Both the position numbers and the translations under genes were made by a program. A stretch of 32,000 bases of DNA from NCBI GenBank assembly GCA_963718915.1, contig CAVRAI010000013.1, forward strand, positions 390,001-422,000. Reading direction: 5' to 3'. Positions 9,568-19,004 of the stretch are shown in pieces. Numbering within the stretch: the first letter of the stretch is position 1; the number at the start of each line of letters is the position of its first letter. Origin of the DNA: an uncultured Chloroflexia bacterium. GTDB lineage: Bacteria; Chloroflexota; Ktedonobacteria; Ktedonobacterales; JADMIN01. The notes beneath the pieces were generated by a model. It was given only the letters and a program-made list of their open reading frames with translations, was not told the origin of the DNA and ran no database searches.

Positions 9568-11550
9568 CTAGGTAGCGCCAGACGGTTGCAGCGGAATGCT
9601 CGCCCTGATATGCGTGCCCTGGTCGGGCGTGCTCTCCAGCGTGAAGACGCCGCCCAGCCGCATCACCCGCTCGCGCATCGAGTTCAGGCCAAGGCGGCCG
9701 GGAAAGCTCTCAGATGGATCGAAGCCAATGCCGTTGTCGCGGATATCCAGCACCAGTTCATCGGTGTCTTTCTGGGTGACACTCAGCGTGACCTCAGTGG
9801 CCTGCGCGTGCCGGACTACATTTTGCAGCGCCTCCTGCGCAATGCGATAGAGCGCCACCTTGGCGTCCAACGAGATGGGCGGCTCATCTATCAAAATCAT
9901 GTTGACCTCAATATGGTGACGACTACGCGCCGCGGCTGCCAGTTTCTCCAGCGCCACAATCAGCCCCTCATTCGCCAGCGATTCAGGGCGCAACTCGAAG
10001 ATCAGCGTGCGCATCTCCGCCAGCGCCGCCTCGGCCAGCGACATCGCATACTCCAGCGGTTCAGCGGAACGCGCCGGATCGCGGTCGAGCAGTGCCCGCG
10101 CGGTGCGTGCTCCCAGGACGATGCCAAAGAGCGCCTGCGAGACGGAGTCGTGTAATTCACGGGCAAGGCGCTGGCGTTCTTCGAGCGCCGCAAGATCTTT
10201 GCCCTGTTCATACAGACGCGCATTTTCCAGCGCCACTGCCGCCTGACCCGCCACCGCCGTCGCCAGCGTGACGTGTCGCTCGGCGAAATAGTCTGGCTCA
10301 GCGTGGACGATGTTGAGCATCCCAATCACGCGGTCCTTGGCAATCAGGGGCAGCCCCATCCACGAACGAACAAAGGCAAACTCGGTCGCCATGTATGCTC
10401 CCGCCGCCCGACGAAAGGCTGATGCCCCCGGCTCATCCCCGCGTACATCCGCCACGACGCGCACTTCCTGCTCGTCGAGAAAATTGCGTAAGACCTCCTG
10501 AAAATCCGGCGAACGCTCCAAAATCTCAATCTCATCGCCACTCGCTGGCCCGCGATAATCCAGCAGCGAGAGCACATCGCCACGACGCGCGATAATCGCC
10601 GCGCCCGTGTAATCCACCACCGTTTTGAGCTGGTCGAGGACAGTATGCAGCAGCGGCTGTAGCTCCAGCGTCGAGACGACACTCTGGGCGATCTCGAACA
10701 GCGTGGTCAGCTCCTGTGTCCGCTCATGGACGCGACGCTCTAACTCGCGATAGTAGGCCACTCGCTCGCTGATATCGCGCACGACGCTGAGCATATACGA
10801 CCGGCCCGAATAGGCAATCATCGAACTGTGTATCTCGACATGCAGCAGCGAGCCATCCTTGCGGACATCGACGGCATGCGTCCGAAATGACCGCCCCTCG
10901 CGCGCGGCGTCCATATACCGCTCGAACGCCTCGTGATACTCAGGTGCGATAAAAGCTGTTGGATGCATCCCAACAAACTCGCGGCGCGTGTAGCCGTGCA
11001 TCGTGCAGGCAGCCGGATTGGCCTCGACCACGCGCCCGGTCTTCAGGTCGTTAAGGATCAGCCCATCACTGGTAGACTCGAAGATGTCATGATACTGCCC
11101 CTCGCGCTCGGTGACCTGACTCTCACGAGCACGGCGTGCGGTGATATCGGTATGCCAGCCCGCGATGCGATAGGCGCGACCGCTGGCGTCACGTAGCGAT
11201 GCCGCGCGTGAGAGAATCCAGCGCCACGAGCCATCTTTGTGGCGAAGCCGATGTTCCAGCCGATAGGCGCTCTGGGGGCTGCGCAGATGCGTCTCGATGG
11301 CGACCAGACAGCGCTCCCGGTCGTCGGGATGGATGCGCCGCCTCCATTCGTCGAAGGCATCGGATATCTCGTCGTCGCCGTAGCCTAGCATCGCCTTCCA
11401 GCGTGGCGAATAATAGACCGTGTTTGCGTCGATGTCCCAGTCCCACAGGCCATCATTGGCGCCCTCGATGGCCAAGGCGAGGCGCTCGCTGGTCGGATCC
11501 TTCTCCGCACCCGTCTTCCGGTTTCCACTCATATCGGGTGGCTTTCCCAT
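9568..11550 (-). CDS. Cytoplasmic sensor histidine kinase: PAS-PAS-GAF-HisKA_3-HATPase_c
   Basis: Two PAS modules (GLWDWDIDANTVYYSPRW...; IFESTSDGLILNDL...), a GAF-like region (...MGLPLIAKDRVIGMLNIVH) and an H-box ERQRLARELHDSVSQ (HisKA_3/NarX-DesK type). The ATPase boxes are DIRDNGIGF and GLNSMRER. No TM segment is present. The start is set at ATG 11550 (MGKPPD), 11 nt after the regulator stop; ATG 11532 is an alternative. The upstream part of the ORF, to 11721, overlaps the regulator. Confidence 0.85.
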   Translation of the reverse strand: MGKPPDMSGNRKTGAEKDPTSERLALAIEGANDGLWDWDIDANTVYYSPRWKAMLGYGDDEISDAFDEWRRRIHPDDRERCLVAIETHLRSPQSAYRLEHRLRHKDGSWRWILSRAASLRDASGRAYRIAGWHTDITARRARESQVTEREGQYHDIFESTSDGLILNDLKTGRVVEANPAACTMHGYTRREFVGMHPTAFIAPEYHEAFERYMDAAREGRSFRTHAVDVRKDGSLLHVEIHSSMIAYSGRSYMLSVVRDISERVAYYRELERRVHERTQELTTLFEIAQSVVSTLELQPLLHTVLDQLKTVVDYTGAAIIARRGDVLSLLDYRGPASGDEIEILERSPDFQEVLRNFLDEQEVRVVADVRGDEPGASAFRRAAGAYMATEFAFVRSWMGLPLIAKDRVIGMLNIVHAEPDYFAERHVTLATAVAGQAAVALENARLYEQGKDLAALEERQRLARELHDSVSQALFGIVLGARTARALLDRDPARSAEPLEYAMSLAEAALAEMRTLIFELRPESLANEGLIVALEKLAAAARSRHHIEVNMILIDEPPISLDAKVALYRIAQEALQNVVRHAQATEVTLSVTQKDTDELVLDIRDNGIGFDPSESFPGRLGLNSMRERVMRLGGVFTLESTPDQGTHIRASIPLQPSGAT

Positions 11551-11560
11551 CTCATGGCCA

Positions 11561-12220
11561 TCAAGTCGCCGGGCCAGTTGTGCCGGATGACTCGGGAGAC
11601 GCGATGCCGACGCGCAAGGCATAGAGGGCGGCCTGGGTGCGACTCTGCAAGCCAAGCTTGGCGAGAATGTTGCTGACGTGCGTCTTGACGGTCTTCTCGG
11701 CGATGTGGAGCGAGCGCGCAATTTCCTTGTTGGCCTGCCCCTGCGCCAGCAGCCGCAGCACCTCCATCTCGCGCTCCGTCAACATGTCGGGATTTTCGGG
11801 CGTGCGCACCTCGTTCATCAGCCGGGCGGCAGCCTGAGGCGCGAGACGCACCTGCCCCGCGGCGGCGGCGTGGATTGCTCCGCACAGCTCGTCGGCCTGC
11901 GTGTCTTTGAGGAGATAGCCGATGGCGCCAGCGCGCACCGCCGCGACCACCGTTGCGTCTTCGAGCACGCTGGTCAGCGCGATCACCTCGGTATCGGGCT
12001 GGGCGCGGCGGATTGTTGCTGTTGCGGTGATGCCATCCATCTTCGGCATTAGCAGATCCATCAACACCACATCGGGGTGCAACTCCTCCGCCTTGCGCAC
12101 TGCCTCTTCGCCGTTGGCGGCCTCGCCGACGACCTCCAGTTCAGGGTCCAGTCCCAGAAACATTTTGAGACCCTGCCGGACCACGCTGTGGTCATCGGCA
12201 ATCAGGATGCGTATGCTCAT
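11561..12220 (-). CDS. NarL/LuxR-family response regulator (REC + HTH)
   Basis: MSIRILIADDHSVVRQGLK...PDVVLMDLLMPKMDG...ALTS...YLLKD forms the receiver domain. The C-terminal segment LTEREMEVLRLLAQGQANKEIARSLHIAEKTVKTHVSNILAKLG is a LuxR HTH. Confidence 0.9.
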   Translation of the reverse strand: MSIRILIADDHSVVRQGLKMFLGLDPELEVVGEAANGEEAVRKAEELHPDVVLMDLLMPKMDGITATATIRRAQPDTEVIALTSVLEDATVVAAVRAGAIGYLLKDTQADELCGAIHAAAAGQVRLAPQAAARLMNEVRTPENPDMLTEREMEVLRLLAQGQANKEIARSLHIAEKTVKTHVSNILAKLGLQSRTQAALYALRVGIASPESSGTTGPAT

Positions 12221-12331
12221 CGCTCTGCCCCTGTATGCTACTGCACCATGCTCTGCTTGCTACGCGCTACCGCCATCTGGCCATTCTCGTCGGATTGTAT
12301 CACACCACCGGGGCAATCACCGCTACCCTGC

Positions 12332-12685
12332 CTACAGGTTTACAGACGCATTGTAGACTGCAAATACAGCGCCAGCGGCTACATACTCTGCCACACGCGA
12401 CACAAAGGTGATGACCGACCCTTGCGAGACGCCATTGCCACAAGTACTCTGAACATATATGAGGTCGGCGACTGAGAGCAATGCGGCAACGGGCAGCAAA
12501 TCGCCAGCAAGACCTGGTTCATGTACGATGGCGCGGGGAATCGCGTCGAGCAATATACCAGCGGCGATAGCGGCAGCCATACCCACTACTTGCCAGGCAT
12601 AGTCCGTCTCCTCGCTTTCTTGCTCCTTGCGTCCTCTGGTTCCATCGTGTACACTGAGGGTAACAATCGCAGAAAGATAGGGCAT
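12332..12685 (-). CDS. Hypothetical small (117 aa) hydrophobic protein; doubtful
   Basis: Internal ATG (MPYLSAIV...) of the 212-aa ORF. The N-terminal 95 codons of that ORF overlap the T-box leader and are rejected. There are two hydrophobic stretches, no clear RBS and A/T-richer third positions than neighbouring genes. The predicted leuS-leader promoter falls inside it. Confidence 0.2.
   Translation of the reverse strand: MPYLSAIVTLSVHDGTRGRKEQESEETDYAWQVVGMAAAIAAGILLDAIPRAIVHEPGLAGDLLPVAALLSVADLIYVQSTCGNGVSQGSVITFVSRVAEYVAAGAVFAVYNASVNL
12627..12655 (+). promoter_or_regulatory. Candidate promoter for the leuS T-box leader
   Basis: TTGCGT (12627-12632), a 17-nt spacer, then TACACT (12650-12655), about 60 nt upstream of the AGAGAG box. 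This is a pattern match only. Confidence 0.35.
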
Positions 12686-12699
12686 CGAACGAGGAAAGT

Positions 12700-12964
12700 A
12701 CGTGCGATTCCGCTCGTCAGAGAGCCGGTGGCTGGTGCGAACCGGCGTGTGGGTCCGCGGAAGCTCCCTCGCGAGCCGTGACTGTGAAACGCCAGACATG
12801 TTCGGGCGCAAGTAGCGGTCGCCGGGTGTTCCCGTTACCGAACCGGGGCGTGTTGGCGCCCTCTGAGGCCGTCGTCGCGAGGCGTCGGCAGAAACAAGGT
12901 GGTACCGCGAAGGTCGCACTGTGCGTCGCCTTTCGCCCTTGTCGGGGCGGAGGGCATTTTTGTT
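12700..12964 (+). promoter_or_regulatory. T-box riboswitch leader (tRNA-sensing attenuator) controlling leuS
   Basis: The conserved elements occur in canonical order. AGAGAG box at 12719-12724. Distal-loop-like GGTGCGA within ccggtggctGGTGCGAaccgg. Specifier region gcGGAAGCTCCctcgcgagc closing on GCTCG/CGAGC. AGTA at 12811-12814. F-box CCGTTA at 12832-12837. T-box core GGTGGTACCGCG at 12898-12909, followed by a terminator hairpin. The gene immediately downstream is an aminoacyl-tRNA synthetase. Confidence 0.8.
12928..12964 (+). terminator. Intrinsic terminator of the T-box leader
   Basis: An 11-bp stem GCCTTTCGCCC / GGGCGGAGGGC (12928-12938 / 12945-12955, including two G-U pairs) with loop ttgtcg, followed by ATTTTTGTT. 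Its 5' arm lies close to the T-box sequence, as needed for a competing antiterminator. Confidence 0.75.
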
Positions 12965-13037
12965 GCCCATCGCCGTTCAGGCTCATGCTTTCCACATCAT
13001 CTGGAAAGCGACTTGATGACGCGGAGCGGAGGATCAT

Positions 13038-15563
13038 ATGGCACAGCGAAAGACGACGGCAGTAGGCACAGCGCGGCAAGGTCGGTCGCCACGAACAGCC
13101 GACAAGAGCGCGAACACACCTATCACGTCGCGCCCACCACAGTACGACTTCACGGCGTTCGAGGCGAAGTGGCGCGAGCGCTGGGAGGCCAGCGGCATTT
13201 ACCAGACCGACCTGGAGCACGCGCGGAAACCCTACTACAACCTGATGATGTTCCCCTACCCCTCCGCCGAGGGGCTGCACGTCGGCAACATGTATCCCTA
13301 CACCGGCTCGGATATCCATGGCCGCTGGATGAGCATGCGCGGCTACGATGTCTTCGAGCCGATGGGCTTCGACGCCTTTGGCATCCACAGCGAGAATTTC
13401 GCCATCAAGCGTAACATCCATCCGACCATCCTGACGGCGCGCAACGTGACCCACTTCCGCGAAGACCAGCTGAAGCGCATCGGCAACCGCTTCGACTGGA
13501 CGCACGAGGTGGATACCCCTGACCCGCGCTTCTACCGCTGGTCGCAGTGGATCTTCATCCAGTTGTTCAAGGCTGGGCTGGCCGAACGCAAATCGGCGGC
13601 CGTCAACTGGTGCCCCAATGACAAGACTGTCCTGGCCGACGAGCAGGTCATCAACGGCCACTGCGAGCGTTGTGGCTGGCTGGTGGAGCGGCGCGAGCTG
13701 GAGCAATGGTTCCTGAAGATCACGAAGTATGCCGACAGGCTGCTGGAGAATCTGAAGACGCTGGACTGGTCCGAGCGCGTTAAGACGGCACAGCGCAACT
13801 GGATCGGACGCTCCGAAGGGCTGCAATTCGCGATGTCTGTGGCGGGCGACACGTCGCGCACTATCGAGGCGTTCACCACGCGCCCCGATACCATCTATGG
13901 CGTGACGTTCGTGGCACTGTCGCCGCAACACCCGCTGGTGGGGGCGATTACCGATGAGTCGCACGCCATCGCCGTTACGACTTATGTGGATGCCAACCGC
14001 CAGCGCCCCGCCGACCACGCCGACGAGGCGCGACCCGATACTGGCGTCTTCACCGGACGCTACGCCATCCACCCATTGACGGGCGAGCAGATACCGATCT
14101 GGGTCGCCAGCTACGTGCTGACGGACTACGGCACGGGCGCGGTCATGGGCGTCCCGGCGCACGACGACCGCGACATGATCTTCGCGCGGGCGATGGGTCT
14201 GCCTGTCCGCACTGTGGTTCGGCCGACCAGCGACCATGCTCAAGTGGATAGCGCGGCGGCGTTCACCGACTATGGCGTGCTGGTCAATTCCGGCGCGTAT
14301 TCGAGCATGCCATCCGCTGAGGCATCGTCCGCTATCATTGCGGAGTTTGAAGCGAGCAAGATTGGCAGCCGCTCGGTCAAATACCATCTGCGCGACTGGC
14401 TGATCAGCCGCCAGCGCTACTGGGGTCCGCCAATCCCCATTATCTACTGCCCTGAGCATGGCGCGGTTCCTGTGCCTGAAGACCAACTGCCGGTGCTGCT
14501 GCCCTTTGTCGAGGACTTCCAGCCGAAGGGAACAGGTGTCTCGCCGCTGGCCAGCGATCCTGAGTTCGTGCGGACCACCTGCCCCATCTGTGGTAAGCCC
14601 GCCCGGCGCGAGACCGATGTCAGCGACAACTTCCTGGATTCCGCCTGGTATTTTTTGCGCTACCCATCGTCCGACGACGACAGCGCACCATGGGATCCAG
14701 CGATGACACGAAAGTGGCTGCCGGTCGATATGTATACGGGCGGCGCGGAGCACAGCGTGTTGCACATGATGTACTCGCGCTTCATCACGATGGCACTGCA
14801 CGACCTGGGTCATCTGGACTTCGAGGAACCGTTCCCTCACTTCCGGGCGAACGGCACCATCACCCGCGAGGGCGCGAAGATCAGTAAGTCGAAGGGCAAT
14901 ATCATCAACCCCAATGACTACTTCAACCGTTACGGCGCCGATGTCTTCCGCATCTATCTGATGTTCCTGGGACCATATGAGGCCGACGCCGACTTCACTG
15001 ACCGCAATATCAGCGGCGTCGTGCGATTCCTGGACCGCGTCTGGCGCATCGCCACCAGCAGTGCCACCGCGTCGCAGAGCAAGGTGCGCGGCGCAGCACG
15101 GCGCGAGCTGCACCGGACGATCCAACGGGTGACTGAGGATATCGGCGCCTTCAAATACAACACGGCGATAGCGACGTTGATGGAGTACGTCAACGGGCTG
15201 GAAGCCAGGAAACAGCCCTCACGCGAGGAGTTGCGCGCTCTGCTGAAACTGCTGGCGCCCTACGCGCCATTCATCACCGAAGAGTTGTGGGAGCGTGTCG
15301 AGGGATCGGCCGTCGCCTCGATTCACGCGCAGTCCTGGCCCAGCTTCGACCCTAGCGCACTGGTGAGCGAGACGGCTACGCTGGTGGTGCAGGTGAACGG
15401 TCGTCTGCGTGATCGCATCACCGTCGCCTCAGACGCCGACGACACCCAGATTCGCGCGGCGGCGGAAGCAGCCCCCAACGCACGGCGTGCGGTTGGCGAC
15501 GCACCAGTGCGCAAGGTAGTGATCGTGCCGGGCCGACTGGTGAATATCGTCACCGGGCAATAG
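13038..15563 (+). CDS. leuS: Leucyl-tRNA synthetase
   Basis: 841 aa; the ATG at 13038 is preceded by GGAGCGGAGGA. HIGH-type motif (PSAEGLHVGNMYPY), KMSKS-type motif (KISKSKGN), an editing-domain insertion and the typical LeuRS N-terminus (FEAKWRERWEASGIYQTD). Confidence 0.95.
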   Translation: MAQRKTTAVGTARQGRSPRTADKSANTPITSRPPQYDFTAFEAKWRERWEASGIYQTDLEHARKPYYNLMMFPYPSAEGLHVGNMYPYTGSDIHGRWMSMRGYDVFEPMGFDAFGIHSENFAIKRNIHPTILTARNVTHFREDQLKRIGNRFDWTHEVDTPDPRFYRWSQWIFIQLFKAGLAERKSAAVNWCPNDKTVLADEQVINGHCERCGWLVERRELEQWFLKITKYADRLLENLKTLDWSERVKTAQRNWIGRSEGLQFAMSVAGDTSRTIEAFTTRPDTIYGVTFVALSPQHPLVGAITDESHAIAVTTYVDANRQRPADHADEARPDTGVFTGRYAIHPLTGEQIPIWVASYVLTDYGTGAVMGVPAHDDRDMIFARAMGLPVRTVVRPTSDHAQVDSAAAFTDYGVLVNSGAYSSMPSAEASSAIIAEFEASKIGSRSVKYHLRDWLISRQRYWGPPIPIIYCPEHGAVPVPEDQLPVLLPFVEDFQPKGTGVSPLASDPEFVRTTCPICGKPARRETDVSDNFLDSAWYFLRYPSSDDDSAPWDPAMTRKWLPVDMYTGGAEHSVLHMMYSRFITMALHDLGHLDFEEPFPHFRANGTITREGAKISKSKGNIINPNDYFNRYGADVFRIYLMFLGPYEADADFTDRNISGVVRFLDRVWRIATSSATASQSKVRGAARRELHRTIQRVTEDIGAFKYNTAIATLMEYVNGLEARKQPSREELRALLKLLAPYAPFITEELWERVEGSAVASIHAQSWPSFDPSALVSETATLVVQVNGRLRDRITVASDADDTQIRAAAEAAPNARRAVGDAPVRKVVIVPGRLVNIVTGQ

Positions 15564-15614
15564 AAACATTCCTGAGTTCGAGGTGAATGGCAATATTCTC
15601 ATCGCGAAAAAGTT

Positions 15615-15712
15615 GGCCGCAGGCTATAGACCTGCGGCTAATGCCTGAACATTCAGGAGTCTGCTGAAGGGCGGCTGAGAACGCTCAAGCTCGGATTAGC
15701 CGTGGCATTCAT
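15615..15712. repeat. REP/MITE-like element (copy A), probably acting as a bidirectional terminator between leuS and the regulator gene
   Basis: An 8-bp perfect hairpin GCCGCAGG-ctataga-CCTGCGGC (15616-15638). On the minus strand it is followed by AACTTTTTCG. The terminal inverted motif is CGGCTAAT (15635-15642) ... ATTAGCCG (15695-15702), 52 nt apart. It is near-identical, in reverse orientation, to 29760-29858. Confidence 0.6.
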
Positions 15713-15803
15713 GCAGCGAAGCTAGCCTACTTCCCACCTCACCCGCGTCATACCCGCTACCCTACGAGAGCAAACCACTCACCCTGCTGTGGTTCGCCAT
15801 CCC

Positions 15804-16490
15804 TTAATCCGCATCCATCTTGATCCAGCCCTTCTTGAGAGCATGGACAACCGCCGCCGTGCGGTCATTGACCGAAAGCTTCTTCAGAATCGAGGTGATG
15901 TGATTCTTGACGGTCTGGTCGCTGATCTTGAGCGACTTGGCAATCTCTTTATTGCTATTGCCGCGCGCGATGTAGTCCAGAATCTCGATCTCGCGCTGTG
16001 AGAGCGGAGTAAACACCTGCTGCACTTCGGGCGGCTCTTCCTGTGTCATCTCGCGGAAGCTGCGCAGGACCCGGCTGGCCACAGTGGGGCGTGAAAGCAC
16101 ATTGTCATTGATGATATAGACGCCCTTGCTCACATTGCGCACCGCGTTGACCAGGTCGTCGGCTGAGATGCCCTTGAGGAGATAAGCCGCCGCACCGAGC
16201 TTCATCGATTGAAACAGTTGCTCCTCGTCCTCGAACGCTGTCAGCATGATAATTCCAGCGCGCGGCGAAGAATGGCGAATCTGACGTGCCAGTTCGAGCG
16301 CATCATTGGTGGAGAGCAGCGCATCGATCAGCACCACATCGGGCGTATGCAGCTTGGCCAGATCAAGTCCGGCGGCGCTTTCCGAGGCTTCGGCGACGAT
16401 AGTGCAGTCTCCCGCCTCTTCCAGCGCATTGCGACAACCCTGACGAAACAGCGGGTGCTCATCGATAAGCATGACACGGATAGATTCCAT
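15804..16490 (-). CDS. Orphan NarL/LuxR-family response regulator
   Basis: MESIRVMLIDEHPLFRQG...PDVVLIDALL...MLTAF...YLLKG forms the receiver domain. LSQREIEILDYIARGNSNKEIAKSLKISDQTVKNHITSILKKL is a LuxR HTH. The ATG is preceded by GGGAGAAATAAA. No kinase gene is adjacent. Confidence 0.9.
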   Translation of the reverse strand: MESIRVMLIDEHPLFRQGCRNALEEAGDCTIVAEASESAAGLDLAKLHTPDVVLIDALLSTNDALELARQIRHSSPRAGIIMLTAFEDEEQLFQSMKLGAAAYLLKGISADDLVNAVRNVSKGVYIINDNVLSRPTVASRVLRSFREMTQEEPPEVQQVFTPLSQREIEILDYIARGNSNKEIAKSLKISDQTVKNHITSILKKLSVNDRTAAVVHALKKGWIKMDAD

Positions 16491-16673
16491 TTTATTTCTC
16501 CCAGCGCGAGTAGTAGAACAGGTAAGCAGTGCCTGGCACGTGGGCAGAGAAACAACACGTGCAGTATATACGATACACAGGCTTACCTGCCGCCCTGTGG
16601 GTCAAACGGCGCCAGCCCGCAGACCGACGCCGTTCGTTGCCGCCAAACACTTGATGATACCACGCGCGCCGCC

Positions 16674-18278
16674 TCAGCGGATACCCTCCCTCGCGCGGAT
16701 GCGCGCCGCCGCCTCGTCGCGCGTCATGCGGCCCGCCAGCAGCGCATCGAGCATTCCTTCGAGCGTCTCATATGGCGCCACTGCGCCTTCCGCCACTGGC
16801 TGCGTGTTCGCCGCGACCAGTTCGGGTTCCACGGGTTTCGGCTCTGGCCGCGCACCAAGATAGCGATTGCGCACCGCCAGCGTCGCAAAGATGGCGACCA
16901 TCGTCCCGCCGACCAGCAGTGTCACTAGGCCAGCCCGCGCCGTCTGTTGCCAGTTGTCGGGGGGCGCGCCAAGCATCGCGCTAAGGAGCGCCTGTAGTGC
17001 GACGATCAGCCCACCAGCGCCCGCAATCACACCACCGGCGAGTAACACCAGGACAAAGATGCGGTTCGGCCACGTAACACCGGTCTGACGTGTCCACGTG
17101 TTGAGCCGTAGCACGACAAATATGAAGGGCAGACCTGTCAGCAAGAGCGCACCCGCCTGCGCGAAATTCTCCGCGAGCGGACGTGAGCCTCCAGGCACTA
17201 CACGCTCGATCACGTTTATCAGCAATGACTGGACGCCGACCCAGAACGGGTAGGCAAAGATGACGCCAGCCAGCGCCCACTGGATCAGTCCCGCCGCTGG
17301 CACGCCAGACGGCAGATCAGCCGCCTCGCGGGCATAGAGCCAGCGATACGCCAACACCACGACGAGGCCGAAGACAAGCGCGCCCACTATGGTAGGTACG
17401 CCATAGGCAAAATCGTTCGACGGGAATGGGCGGCCGACCGCCTGACGCAGAACTGCCTCGAAAATTCCGCGGCAGCCACTCAGCACGAACCCAAGCCCAA
17501 AACCAAACGCCAAAAGATGTGTCACCTGGCGGAGCCGCGAGTGGCGGTCATTCCGTGAGAACGCGGTATAACCCGCCCAACATGCGGCGAGGAACAACGC
17601 CGCGCCCCACTGTGCGGCGGTCTGGCGCAGTGGGTAGTAGGTTCCGGGATCGCAAGAAATGCCCGCAGGGTAGTCAGCGCAGGGATTGTACGTGCCACTG
17701 CGAACCAGAACAGTCAGCACAACATCCTGAACCGCCTGTATCCAGAGTGTCGCGGCAATGAGGACGATCACTAGTTGCGCGCCGAACTGATGCAGCCGCT
17801 GCAAGGCTACCGCGCCGCGCGTGGTGGCGCGCGTTCGCCGCCGTTCCCACTCGAGCAGGGCGAAGAGACCCGCCGTCGAGAGCGCGACAGAAAAACTGTA
17901 CGTGGAGGAACCGTATCGGTCACCCAGCTGCGCGATACCCACAGCGGCTATTCCGATGGCGATCAATCCCGCGAACAACTCTGTTACATTGAGGAAATAC
18001 GAGCGGACAGCGCCACCACCCGCCGCCGGATCGGTGGCCATGTCGCGGCGAATCAGCCATAAGTGCAGGCCGCCAAGCCCTAACGTGACCAGCCAGACGA
18101 CGGCGAACGCTACCACCGCCTGGACGACCTGACTGCGGTCGGGCGGCGAGTTATACGGCCCGGCTAGTGGCGTGGTCGAGAGCAGCAGCCCCAGCGAAAC
18201 CGCGGTCACGACAGTCGCTGAGATGAGCAGGATGACGCAGACAGCGTAGAGATAAACGCGATAAAGATTGCGTACCAT
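16674..18278 (-). CDS. Polytopic integral membrane protein of unknown function (repeated helix-pair modules, soluble C-terminal tail)
   Basis: The start is taken at ATG 18278 (MVRNLYRVYLYAVCVILL...), preceded by GGAGAAGGGG. At least 12 hydrophobic segments show a recurring R-x-x-(Y/F)-L...hydrophobic module, reminiscent from memory of DUF5671-type proteins. The C-terminal tail is EGMLDALLAGRMTRDEAAARIRA. Confidence 0.7.
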   Translation of the reverse strand: MVRNLYRVYLYAVCVILLISATVVTAVSLGLLLSTTPLAGPYNSPPDRSQVVQAVVAFAVVWLVTLGLGGLHLWLIRRDMATDPAAGGGAVRSYFLNVTELFAGLIAIGIAAVGIAQLGDRYGSSTYSFSVALSTAGLFALLEWERRRTRATTRGAVALQRLHQFGAQLVIVLIAATLWIQAVQDVVLTVLVRSGTYNPCADYPAGISCDPGTYYPLRQTAAQWGAALFLAACWAGYTAFSRNDRHSRLRQVTHLLAFGFGLGFVLSGCRGIFEAVLRQAVGRPFPSNDFAYGVPTIVGALVFGLVVVLAYRWLYAREAADLPSGVPAAGLIQWALAGVIFAYPFWVGVQSLLINVIERVVPGGSRPLAENFAQAGALLLTGLPFIFVVLRLNTWTRQTGVTWPNRIFVLVLLAGGVIAGAGGLIVALQALLSAMLGAPPDNWQQTARAGLVTLLVGGTMVAIFATLAVRNRYLGARPEPKPVEPELVAANTQPVAEGAVAPYETLEGMLDALLAGRMTRDEAAARIRAREGIR

Positions 18279-18440
18279 GGCGAGGTTCCCCTTCTCCGGG
18301 CCACTTGCCCCCCACCGGTCGGGGGAGTATTGCATGCAGCCGTACCCGGAATGAGCATAGAACCACTCTACTGCACTACGCGCCAGACCACCAGACATGG
18401 CTCGCAGAATCAGCCGTATTATTGGTCGTATATTCGGCGA

Positions 18441-19004
18441 TTAGTTCAGGGCGGCGGGGTGAAACCCATTTTGCTTGTCGCACATGTGATTTGGCTCCAT
18501 TGGCCTGTTGCAGAACGGGCATCGCGGTCGGCCCGACGCCATGATGCCACGGATATGCTGCGCCAGTTGCTCGGTCTGGGCGCGTGAGAAATAGACGCTG
18601 AAGGGGAACTCACCGTCTTCCTGAGCGAAGTATTCGCCGTCACGCTCGATGAGAATCAACGGCCCCGCCTTCAGGGTGGTGCGCTGCACCGACTCATCGT
18701 AGCCAATCTGCATATTGCCAACGGCAAACTCGACATCGGGTTCTTCGGGAAAATCAACAGGAGCGCTCGGTAGCTTCGGCGCCCTGGCGACTGCCTCGAC
18801 CCGTAGCGCCATGCCACTGGTGATTCTGGCGATTAACTGCTCCAGCGCCTGGCCAAGCGCGTCCAGTTGCTCGCGTTCAAGCCAGAGGCTCGCGCTACCA
18901 CGCAGGCTGCGGGCGAAGATGCGGAAGCGGCGATTTCCTGGCTCACCTATCGCCTCCGCACCCAGGAGTTGCGCGCGTCCAAAATCTATCTGATCTTCAC
19001 TCAT
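18441..19004 (-). CDS. DUF3090-family protein (TIGR03847-like) with a C-terminal Cys/His zinc-ribbon-like motif
   Basis: IDFGRAQLLGAEAIGEPGNRRFRIFARS...WLEREQLDALGQALEQL... and the C-terminal RPRCPFCNRPMEPNHMCDKQNGFH match my memory of the actinobacterial DUF3090 family. Confidence 0.7.
   Translation of the reverse strand: MSEDQIDFGRAQLLGAEAIGEPGNRRFRIFARSLRGSASLWLEREQLDALGQALEQLIARITSGMALRVEAVARAPKLPSAPVDFPEEPDVEFAVGNMQIGYDESVQRTTLKAGPLILIERDGEYFAQEDGEFPFSVYFSRAQTEQLAQHIRGIMASGRPRCPFCNRPMEPNHMCDKQNGFHPAALN

Noticed and set aside
9394-10155. 253-aa plus-strand ORF
   Set aside because: It starts inside the tRNA-Gly gene on the opposite strand and then runs antisense to the histidine-kinase ATPase domain. 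It is not coding.
12861-12863. Second CUC triplet (ggcgccCTCtgagg) as a possible T-box specifier
   Set aside because: It lies downstream of the F-box, in the Stem III region, not in the Stem I specifier loop. The CUC at 12764-12766 is positionally appropriate.
12717-15125. 802-aa ORF on the minus strand
   Set aside because: It lies entirely antisense to leuS, whose motifs are unambiguous. It has Arg/Ala/Gly/Pro/His-rich low-complexity composition with no recognisable domain, and its 3' end would run through the T-box leader. It is a typical GC-rich shadow ORF.
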